From Macrostomum lignano (Eukaryota), in NCBI GenBank assembly GCA_002269645.1, contig NIVC01000714.1, forward strand, positions 62,001-126,000: 64,000 nt of DNA. Reading direction: 5' to 3'. The notes under the pieces are model-generated. The model had not been told where the DNA came from. It ran no database searches and worked only from the letters and a program-made list of their open reading frames with translations. Below, in pieces: positions 39,247 through 49,978 of this stretch. The stretch's first letter is position 1, and each line of letters starts with the position of its first letter. Made by a program: the position numbers and the translations under genes.

Positions 39247-40565
39247 TTGGGGATTGTGAAGCTTACTGTGAAGCTTGGGGATTGCGAAGCTTACTGTGAA
39301 GCTTGGGGATTGCGAAGCTTGGGGATTGTGAAGCTTGGGGATTGTGAAGTTTTGAGATTGTGAAGTTTGGAGATTGTGAAGCTTGGAGAATGTGAAGCTT
39401 GGGGATTCTGAAGCTTGGAGACTGTGAAGCTTGGGGATTCTGAAGCTTGGAGAATGTGAAGCTTGGGGGATTGTGAAGCTTGGGGATTGTGAAGCTTGGA
39501 GAATGTGAAGCTTGGGGGATTGTGAAGCTTGGGGATTCTGAAGCTTGGAGAATGTGAAGCGTGGGGGATTGTGAAGCTTGGAGACTGTGAAGCTTGGGGA
39601 TTCTGAAGCTTGGAGAATGTGAAGCTTGGGGGATTGTGAAGCTTGGGGATTGTGAAGTTTTGAGATTGTGAAGTTTGGAGATTGTGAAGCTTGGAGAATG
39701 TGAAGCTTGGGGATTCTGAAGCTTGGAGACTGTGAAGCTTGGGGATTCTGAAGCTTGGAGAATGTGAAGCTTGGGGGATTGTGAAGCTTGGGGATTGTGA
39801 AGCTTGGAGAATGTGAAGCGTGGGGGATTGTGAAGCTTGGAGAATGTGAAGCGTGGGGGATTCTGAAGCTTGGAGAATGTGAAGCGTGGGGGATTGTGAA
39901 GCTTGGAGAATGTGAAGCTTGGGGATTGTGAAGCTTGGAGAATGTGAAGCGTGGGGGATTCTGAAGCTTGGAGAATGTGAAGCTTGGGGGATTGTGAAGC
40001 TTGGGGATTGTGAAGTTTTGAGATTGTGAAGTTTGGAGATTGTGAAGCTTGGAGAATGTGAAGCTTGGGGATTCTGAAGCTTGGAGACTGTGAAGCTTGG
40101 GGATTCTGAAGCTTGGAGAATGTGAAGCTTGGGGGATTGTGAAGCTTGGGGATTGTGAAGCTTGGAGAATGTGAAGCGTGGGGGATTGTGAAGCTTGGAG
40201 AATGTGAAGCTTGGGGATTGTGAAGCTTGGAGAATGTGAAGCTTGGGGATTGTGAAGCTTGGAGAATGTGAAGCGTGGGGGATTCTGAAGCTTGGAGAAT
40301 GTGAAGCGTGGGGGATTGTGAAGCTTGGAGAATGTGAAGCTTGGAGAATGTGAAGCTTGGGGATTGTGAAGCTTGGGGATTGTGAAGCTTTGAGGTTGTA
40401 AAGTTTGGGGATTGTGAAGCTTTGGGGATTGTAAAACTTGGGGATTGTGAAGCTTGGGGATTGTGAAGTTTGGGGATTGTGAAGCTTTGGGGATTGTAAA
40501 ACTTGGGGATTGTGAAGCTTGGGGATTGTGAAGTTTGGGGATTGTGAAGCTTGGGATTGTGAAAT
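39247..40565 (-). repeat. About 16-bp array (GGGGATTGTGAAGCTT)n, right arm of an inverted pair
   Basis: Source of spurious ORF 39263-40597. Confidence 0.9.
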
Positions 40566-41002
40566 TTATATTCCTTCAAATCCAGGCACCACCGCAAAGG
40601 TCCTTGGATTAGCTGGGAAACTAGGGAAGGAAGACAGGTTTATAAGCCTGACCCACTGGGGGAATAGGCTTAAGGGTAATCTGATCTGCCCTGCCGCTCT
40701 CCTCCCCTACGGTGTCTTTGCCAAAACTTGAAAACAGACCGGCGTTACGGTCTTCCTTGCCAGAAGAAAATGCGCCAATTTCTAACGCTGCGGGAAAATC
40801 TTCTTTTGCCTTTCCCTAATAAAGAATGACCGAAGGGTTGGGGCTGCTGGCAGGGGGACAACAGGAGCGGGAAGGGAGGGGGCCGCGAGTCTGCTAAGGC
40901 AATTAACGACGTTATAAGACTGACTAACTGGCTTACTGCCTTACTGCCCGGGCGGTGCTTGTGAATAGAATAAGTCATTGCCATGGGACTGCCACCGAGG
41001 CG

Positions 41003-42600
41003 GATTAGGGCCGGATCTAGTGTGTCAGTAGGGGCGGATCTAGTGTGTCATTAGGGGCGGATCTAGTGTGTCATTAGGGGCGGATCTAGTGTGTCATTAG
41101 GGGCAAATCTAGTGTGTCATTAGGGGCGAATCTAGTGTGTCAGTAGGGGCGGATCTAGTGTGTCATTAGGGGCGAATCTAGTGTGTCATTAGGGGCGAAT
41201 CTAGTGTGTCATTAGGGGCGGATCTAGTGTGTCAGTAGGGGCGGATCTAGTGTGTCAGTAGGGGCGGATCTAGTGTGTCATTAGGGGCGGATCTAGTGTG
41301 TCATTAGAGTTGGATCTAGTGTGTCATTAGGAACGGATCTAGTGTGTCATTAGGGGCGGATCTAGTCTGTCATTAGGGGCGGATTTAGTGTGTCATTAGG
41401 GGCGGATCTAGTGTGTCATTAGGGGCAGATGTACGAGAACGGTATTGGAGACGGATTTGAAGTGTGGATAAGGCGGATTAGGAGCAGATTAGGGGCGGAT
41501 TGAGAGCGGATTAGGGAAAGATTAGGGGCGGATTGAGGGCGGATTGGGAGATAAGGGGCGGATTGGGAGAGATAAGGGGCGGATTGGGAGAGATAAGGGG
41601 CGGATTGAGGGCGGATTGGGGGCAGATTAGGGGCGGATTGAGGGGCAAATTAGGGGCGGATTAGGGGCAGATTGAGGGCGAATTCGAGGCGGATTAGGGG
41701 CGGATTGAGGGCGGGTTAGAGGCAAATTTAGAATGTGGATTAGGGGAGGATCCAGATGGCGGATTAGGGGAAGATTTACAAAGAGGGTTAGGCGAAGATC
41801 TACAGAGGCTATACAGGCCGGATCTTAATGGCGGATTAGGGGCGGATCTACATGGCGGATTAGGGGCGGATCTACATAACGGATTAGGGGAGGATCTACA
41901 GGGCGGATTAGGGGCGGATCTACATAACGGATTAGGGGAGGATCTACAAGGAGGATTAGATTAGGGGAGGATCTACAAAGAGAATTAGGTCAGGATCTAC
42001 AAAGAGGGTTAGGGGAGGATCTACAAAGAGGATTATTGGAGGATCTACAAAGAGGATTAGAGGATCTACAAAGAGGATTATTGGAGGATCTACAAAGAGG
42101 ATTAGGGGATGATCTGCAAAGACGATTATTGGAGGATCTACAAAGAGGATTATCGGACGATCTACAAAGAGGATTAGGGGAGGATCTACAAAGAGGATTA
42201 GGAGAGGATCTACAAAAAGAGGATTAGGGGAGGATCTACAAAGAGGATTATTGGAGGATCTACAAAGACGATTATTGGAGTATCTACAAAGAGGGTTAGG
42301 GGAGGATCTACAAAGAGGATTATTGGAGGATCTACAAAGAGGATTAGAGGATCTACAAAGAGGATTAGGGGATGATCTGCAAAGACGATTATTGGAGGAT
42401 CTACAAAGAGGATTATCGGACGATCTACAAAGAGGATTAGGGGAGGATCTACAAAGAGGATTAGGAGAGGATCTACAAAAAGAGGATTAAGGGAGGATCT
42501 ACAAAAAGAGGATTAGGGGAGGATCTACAAAAAGGATTATCGGAGGATCTACAAAGAGGATTAGGGGAGGATCTACAGGGCGGATTAGGATGGATGGATC
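41003..42600. repeat. TTAGGG-containing compound minisatellite whose unit changes along its length
   Basis: 23-bp TTAGGGGCGGATCTAGTGTGTCA, then ATTAGGGGCGG, then GAGGATCTACAAAGAGGATTAGGG. Confidence 0.88.
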
Positions 42601-43204
42601 TAGAGGTGGGCTAAAAAATTGAACTGCAGCAATATTTTACATCCTAGAGGTACAAATGTTAAAATTGAATAAACCAAGAGCCACATGTAAATCAATATGA
42701 TAGGCAAAATAAACGGACAAAAATATCTTATCTAATATATTTAAATATTAATCCAATATTTAATATTATACAATATTAATCGAACGCATGCAAATAGAAG
42801 AGAATAGCCAGGATTAACAGTTGTGCTTAGGAAAAAATTAATAGCTAGCAGTTAAAAGCTTTTATTATGAGTTAATTTAGCAGGAAAATCGAAGGTCAAA
42901 TAAGCTAATAATAAAAGTTACAGAAAATACAATTTGCTCTAGGATATTAATATTAATGCAGTTAGCAATGTCAGCAAGATACATTTATAATAACACATTT
43001 ATCTATTCTTGTACACAAAATAGGCCTATCTGCAGGTAAAAAAGTCGGCTTTTTAAAGTTGCTAAGATGAAAACTAAATAGCACAGAAACACGGGGATAT
43101 TGCCAAATCAAGGGCGCTTAAGAGACAAAATTTTCAACTGGTTAATTGTGCCTATGGGTGATGCATTGAAACTGAGCCTGCTTTTGCGCCAATTCGCATG
43201 CTGC

Positions 43205-43800
43205 ATTCACTCAGTCACTCCATTAGTCACTTAGTCTCCTAATCACTCAGTCACTTAGTCTCCTAACCACTCAATCACTCAGTCTCCTAATCAATCAGTC
43301 ACTTGTCTCCTAATCAGTCACTTGTCTCCTAATCAGTCACTTGTCTCCTAATCAATCAGTCACTTAGTCTCCTAATCACTCAGTCACTTAGTCTCCTAAT
43401 CAATCAGTCACTCAGTCTCCTAATCACTCAGTCACCCAGTCTCCTAATCACTCAGTCACTTAGTCTCCTAATCACTCAGTCACTTAGTCTCCTAATCACT
43501 CAGTCACCCAGTCTCCTAATCACTCAGTCACTTAGTCTCCTAATCACTCAGTCACTTAGTCTCCTAATCAATCAGTCACTCAGTCTCCTAATCACTCAGT
43601 CACCCAGTCTCCTAATCACACAGTCACTTAGTCTTCTAATCAATCAGTCACTTGTCTCCTAACCACTCAATCACTCAGTCACTCAGTCTCCTAATCACTC
43701 AGTCACCCAGTTTCCTAATCATTCAGTCACCCAGTTTCCTAATCATTCAGTCACCCAGTCTCCTAATCACTCAGTCACAGAGTCGCTTAGTCACTCAGTC
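43205..43800. repeat. 24-bp minisatellite TCAGTCACTTAGTCTCCTAATCAC
   Basis: Seen directly. Confidence 0.9.
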
Positions 43801-44671
43801 ACTCCGCGGTCACCCACTCAGTCGTTTAAGTCCATCACTATTTAGTTACTCAGTCGCTCACCAAGTCCCTCATTCAGTCAGTCAATCAGTCGGCTCAGTC
43901 AAAGACCCAAATTCGTAACCATTGGGCCTCACACCAAACGCACTGACACTGGCCTACCGGCGCACACTACTAGTAGTAGTACAATAAAGGTCAAAGACTA
44001 GACAAACAAGGCAGAGAAAAAGTTCAATAAACTGGTAGCGGGCGGGCGCCATCACGACAGCAGCTTTTAAGCAATTAAATATAATAAAACCTACTAATAA
44101 AAACAAGCAGAACTATACAAGGCGCCTTTGAACATGAATTGTTTTGTTTTAAATTTATACGCTTCAAACAGAACTATAATGATGGTAATAAAAACTAGAA
44201 ACTGGCGGACCAAAAAATTGATAAATATTTTAATAAATGACTCTGGATAAAAAGTTATACAATGCATGAGAATTGAATTATAACAGGACCCAGATAGCAA
44301 ATGCCAACTTAAAGCTACCAAGAGGGCAGAGTCGAGCGTTTAAACAAATCATACGAGTATAACACAACCCAAACTGAAATACGCGTGTTACACTACTGCT
44401 ATTGCTTTGTCAGTCAGTAGAGTTGTCTGCGCCGTAAATATCGATTTCTTAATAATGAATAAAGAATAATTACTTACTAGACTAATAAAATACTATTATT
44501 ACGATTTTGCATTACACAGTCGCAGGATTCCAGCGCCATCGGCATATCAGCGCACAGTACGGTCGTGTGAGAGACAGAAAAATAAGTGAGGAAGACTGAT
44601 GGACGCGTACGGCATATGAAGGGTTGATATGATGTAAGAAAAAAAGGTTAAACAGCTAGAGGGATATTGGA

Positions 44672-44783
44672 AAGCAGACAGACAGGCAGACAGACAGGCA
44701 GACAGGCAGACAGACAGACAGACAGACAGGCAGGCAGGCAGACAGGCAGACAGACAGACAGACAGGCAGGCAGACAGACAGGC

Positions 44784-44820
<37 letters not shown>

Positions 44821-45063
44821 GGCAGACAGACAGACAGGCAGGCAGGCAGACAGGCAGACAGACAGACAGACAGGCAGGCAGACAGACAGGCAGACAGACA
44901 GACAGACAGACAGACAGGCAGACAGGCAGACAGACAGACAGGCAGGCAGACAGACAGACAGACAGGCAGACAGACAGGCAGACAGACAGGCAGACAGACA
45001 GACAGACAGGCAGGCAGACAGGCAGACAGACAGGCAGACAGGCAGGCAGGCAGACAGACAGAC

Positions 45064-45112
<49 letters not shown>

Positions 45113-45287
45113 GGCAGACAGACAGGCAGGCAGACAGACAGGCAGACAGACAGGCAGGCAGACAGATAGACAGACAGGCAGGCAGACAGACAGACAGAAA
45201 GGCAGACAGACAGACAGACAGACAGGCAGGCAGGCAGACAGACAGACAGACAGACAGACAGAAAGGCAGACAGACAGACAGACAGGC

Positions 45288-45364
<77 letters not shown>

Positions 45365-45395
45365 TACATACAGACAGACAGACAGACAGACAGGC

Positions 45396-45448
<53 letters not shown>

Positions 45449-45449
45449 G
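44672..45449. repeat. (GACA)n microsatellite
   Basis: Seen directly. Confidence 0.95.
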
Positions 45450-45594
45450 GTTTATTTTTTCCTATCTGGAAGCTGCCGCCTTCCAATCAAACGAATCTCA
45501 GTCAGGCAATCAGTCAGCTCTGCATTGAAAATTCGAAGCAAAATGATTACAGAAATTCTCGATCCCCATGGCAACACAATTTTTCCTTCTCTGT

Positions 45595-47475
45595 TCAGCA
45601 CCGAGGCACCCGGGGCAGCAGAGCGCAGGCCCTGTCTGCGGCTTCATCTTTGGCTTTGAAGTCAACTGACTCGGCGTTGAAAGTGCCGGAGTCGCCGCCG
45701 CCCTGCTCAGCCGCCGCTTCTTCATCGTCGTCTCTGTCGCCGTCGTCCCAGGCGCCGACACAGGCTGGGGAGCCGCAGGCGCAGATTTTCTGCAGCTGTT
45801 CGCGCGACTGGGTGAGTGGGGGAAGAAGAACAAGGGATTATTTTTATAGATTTTTTAGAAGTTCTAAAAACTCTGGGGTTCTAAAAAATATGATGGATAT
45901 TCTAAGAAATGAAAATTGCGATTCTAAGAAATGAAATTGCGATTCTAAGAAATGAAATTGCGATTCTAAGAAATGAGATTAGGGTTCTAAGAAATGAAAA
46001 TTGCGATTCTAAGAAATGAAATTGCGATTCTAAGAAATGAAATTGCGATTCTAAGAAATGAAATTGCGATTCTAAGAAATGAAATTGCGATTTCAAGAAA
46101 TGAGATTAGGGTTCTAAGAAATGAAAATTGCGATTCTAAGAAATGAAATTGCGATTCTAAGAAATGAAATTGCGATTCTAAGAAATGAGATTAGGGTTCT
46201 AAGAAATGAAAATTGCGATTCGAAGAAATGAAATTGCGATTCTAAGAAATGAAATTGCGATTCTAAGAAATGAAATTGCGATTTCAAGAAATGAGATTAG
46301 TGTTCTAAGAAATGAAAGTTGCGATTCTATGAAATGAAATTGCGATTCTAAGAAATGAAAATTGCGATTCTATGAAATGAAATTGCGATTCTAAGAAATG
46401 AAAATTGCGATTCTATGAAATGAAATTGCGATTCTAAGAAATGAAAATTGCGATTCTATGAAATGAAATTGCGATTCTAAGAAATGAAATTGCGATTCTA
46501 AGAAATGAAATTGCGATTCTAAGAAATGAAATTGCGATTCTAAGAAATGAAATTGCGATTCTAAGAAATGAAATTGCGATTTCAAGAAATGAGATTAGGG
46601 TTCTAAGAAATGAAATTGCGATTCTAAGAAATGAAATTGCGATTCTAAGAAATGAAATTGCGATTCTAAGAAATGAAATTGCGATTCTAAGAAATGAAAT
46701 TGCGATTTCAAGAAATGAGATTAGGGTTCTAAGAAATGAGATTGCAATTCTAAGAAATGAAACTGCGATTCTAAGAAATGGAATTGTGAATATAAGAAAT
46801 AGAAACGCTGTTGTAATTAGCTTGATAGAGATTCCAAGAAGATATGAAAGAACTAAGATTCGAAACTAAATTCCAAGAAAACCGTTATTAGGATTCTAGA
46901 AAGTAAAATAGGTATTTCAAGAAGCAGATTGTACATATTGTACAGATTGTAGAGTGTACATGCCTGACAATTAGGAAGTCAGGGCTGCAGATGTACAGGG
47001 GTCAGCGAAATAAGTAAGGGATTAATGGATTCTGAGAAAGAAGATTTTTTCTAAGAAATCTTCAAAAACCGAAGTAGAATGGATCAGTCAGCATGCGGGA
47101 ACTCACCATGGGCACCGTGGCCCTGTGAGTGGCTGGCTGACGATCTCTACGCTGCAGTCGGGCTTCAACCGGAGATGCGGCATCAGCGCCGGGCGCCGCA
47201 GCCTCCGTCTTGTCCGGCTCCGCGACGTCCGGAGATCCCCACAAACTCAAGCCGATGGGATCTGTACACAAGCTTGGAGCGCTCCATCTTGATTGATGAT
47301 TCTGACCAGGCAACTGCAGAGGATGCCGCTGGTGCTGCTGCTGATACTGATGATGCTCGGTGGAGGCTGGATGAATTCGAATACGAAGCTGTTCAACCAT
47401 TGTGGTTGTGACTGCGGCGGCGGCGGCTGCGGCGGCCGCTGCATTGGCCGCCGAGGCTGCTGGCTGGCCCGTCAT
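45595..47475 (-). CDS. Probable two-exon orphan gene, about 193 aa, low complexity with a CxCGSPxC motif
   Basis: TATAAAAA at 47601-47594, ATG 47475, donor ATG|gtgagt at 47107, acceptor cacccag| at 45807, stop at 45595 and AATAAA at 45456-45451. Exon 2 has a strong C/G third-position bias. I recognise no family. Confidence 0.5.
45900..46795. repeat. 21-22-bp minisatellite ATTGCGATTCTAAGAAATGAA (intron of the orphan gene)
   Basis: Seen directly. Confidence 0.93.
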
Positions 47476-47593
47476 CAATCTGCCGCGGGATTCGCTGATG
47501 CCGCTGGCTGGCTGCAGGTGACGATGCACTTTTGTTTTTAATTGACTCCGCACTGGCAATGGAGCTGCTGAGGTGCTGCAGGGGGTAGGCCGG

Positions 47594-47601
47594 TTTTTAT
47601 A
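47594..47601 (-). promoter_or_regulatory. TATA box of the orphan gene
   Basis: TATAAAAA about 32 nt upstream of an initiator-like TCAG (about 47569). Confidence 0.4.
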
Positions 47602-47628
47602 GCATTCGATGCGAAAAGTTTACATAGA

Positions 47629-47930
47629 TGGATTGCTAGTCTAGCCAAACTGATGTATTTTCAAGATTTGGGATTTGAAAGAGATGAAGGATTAGGGATT
47701 ATAATAGTGGATTGCTAGTCTAACCAAACTGATATATTTTCAAGATTTGGGATTTGAAAGAGATGAAGGATTAGGGATTATAATAGTGGATTGCTAGTCT
47801 AGCCAAACTGATATATTTTCAAGATTTGGGATTTGAAAGAGATGAAGGATTAGGGATTATAATGGTGGATTGCTAGTCTAGCCAAACTGATATATTTTTG
47901 AGATTTTGAAATTAAAAGATGAAGGATTAA
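47629..47930. repeat. 79-bp tandem repeat, 4 copies, immediately upstream of the orphan gene TATA box
   Basis: TGGATTGCTAGT recurs at 47629, 47708, 47787 and 47866. Confidence 0.9.
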
Positions 47931-48409
47931 AAAAGTCTCGTGCAGAACTGATGCGATGAAAAATGATGAAATTAATTTTTATTACTTACAATTTTAAAAG
48001 AAAGATGAAGAACTTAAAATCGCAATTGAGTACTTAGATAACAATAATAATAATAATAGTATTCATATTATTTACCAGTAATGAGTTAAAAGCGCATATG
48101 GAACACATTAGACTAAATTGCTTTTAACTGTACCAGAAAATAGACAAAATTAAACAAATAGAAAACAGGGGACACTAATTTCTGAGAGAAACTTCAAACT
48201 CCAGATACATGATAACTATTTATAAATATGAAGCCAGACTTAACAAAGGAGAACTCGAGACGGGCTGGAGATAAAAAATGCAAACTGACTTTTTCCCCTC
48301 TCACTTTGAGTGCAACTCAAACAAGAACGCGCGGCAGCAACCTATGGGTACCGTGGGTACCGCCGTTTCGAAATCAACGCACACTGCTATCTGGAAGGGC
48401 GAGTGTGGA

Positions 48410-48875
48410 AGGGCGATTTTGTAAGGGTGATTCTAATAGGGCGATTCTAGACGGGCGATTTTGAAGAGCGATTTTAGAAGAGGAATTCTGGAAGGGCGAT
48501 TCTGGAAAGGCGATTCTAGTAGGGCGATTCTGGAAAGGCGATTCTAGAAGGGCGATTCTGGAAAGGCGATTCTAGAAGGGCGATTCTGGAAGGGCGACTC
48601 TGGTAAGGCGATTCTAGAAGGGCGATTCTGGAAGGGCGACTCTGGTAAGGCGATTCTAGAAGGGCGATTCTAGAAGGGCGACTCTGGTAAGGCGATTCTA
48701 GAGGGGTAATTCTGGAAGGGCGACTCTGGTAAGGCGATTCTAGAGGGGTAATTCTGGAAGGGCGACTCTGGTAAGGCGATTCTAGAAGGGCGATTCTGGA
48801 AGGGCGACTCTGGTAAGGCGATTCTAGAAGGGCGATTCTAGAAGGGCGATTCTAGTAGGGCGATTCTGAAAAGGC
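48410..48875. repeat. 14-bp minisatellite GGGCGATTCT(A/G)GAA
   Basis: Seen directly. Confidence 0.9.
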
Positions 48876-49417
48876 GATCCTATAAAAACTTTTATACCGA
48901 GAAAACCAATTGCAAGTGCAATATAAGTGGCTAGAAGGGTCAAGCAGACAACGCGCACGCATCACGAGCTATAAAAAAATGGCCACATATATTGAAAAAT
49001 AGGGACACGGTTAGATTAAAAAGACACAAATTGTTGACACATACTAAAGTGAGGGCGCACGGCCCTTCATAAGGGTAGAAAACGAGAAAAAATGAACCAT
49101 AAGCAAACGTGGCTTACACACAAAAATACACAATGCAGAGAGTGCAGCCGATCAACGCATTTATAAAAGCTGCCAAATGGACAATTTAAGATGAATTGGA
49201 GACACCCTGTTTTTATAACAAAAATAATATTATTACAAAAGTAAATTGAGAGCATTTGCATATACACACACGGGGCATTGATAAAAATGCTTAGAACAAA
49301 AAACTTTATTAATTTTCAAAACTACCGCAGTTAGCCACAGAGCTGGCATGGTTACTGAGATAAAAAATGCCCAACTTTGCTATCGAAAATTATCATAGTA
49401 GTTACTACAGCTGGATA

Positions 49418-49812
49418 TAAAACTACCGCAGTTGGATTCAAATCTACCGCAGTTGGATTCAAATCTACCGCAGGTGGATTCAAATCTACTGCAATTGGAT
49501 TTAAATCTACTGCAATTGGATTCAAATCTACTGCAATTGGATTCAAATCTACTGCAATTGGATTCAAATCTACCGCAATTGGATTCAAGTCTACCGCAAC
49601 TGGATTCAAATCTTACTGCAACTGGATTCAAGTCTACCGCAACTGGATTCAAGTCTACCGCAACTGGATTCAAATCTACCGCAATTGGATTCAAATCTAC
49701 TGCAGTTGAATTCAAATCTACCGCAATTGGATTCAAATCTACTGCCAGTTGAATTCAAATCTACCGCAGTTGAATTCAAATCTACCGCAGTTGGATTCAA
49801 ATCTACCGCAGT
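49418..49812. repeat. 21-bp minisatellite AAATCTACCGCAGTTGGATTC, downstream of the Pds5 stop
   Basis: Seen directly. Confidence 0.9.
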
Positions 49813-49978
49813 TATTTTCGCCCAGATTTGGCCCTATGCAGATGGATTCAAATCAATCGCGGCTAATTTCAAAACTACATCAGTTAGACTCAAAACTACC
49901 GGAAATAAGTCTAAAACTACCTCGATGGGATTCAAAACTGCCGCAGTTGTCTGCGCCGTGACTTGGCCACCGGTCAGC

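Noticed and set aside
39263-40597. 444-aa ORF (KLHNPQASQSP repeats)
   Set aside because: Translation of the right-arm array, with no transposase or other domain.
42036-42490. EDLQRGL leucine-zipper-like ORFs
   Set aside because: They fall entirely within the TTAGGG-containing minisatellite.
45595-45807. Last exon of a SET-domain methyltransferase (post-SET motif)
   Set aside because: No SET-domain exon is visible upstream between here and the Pds5 stop.
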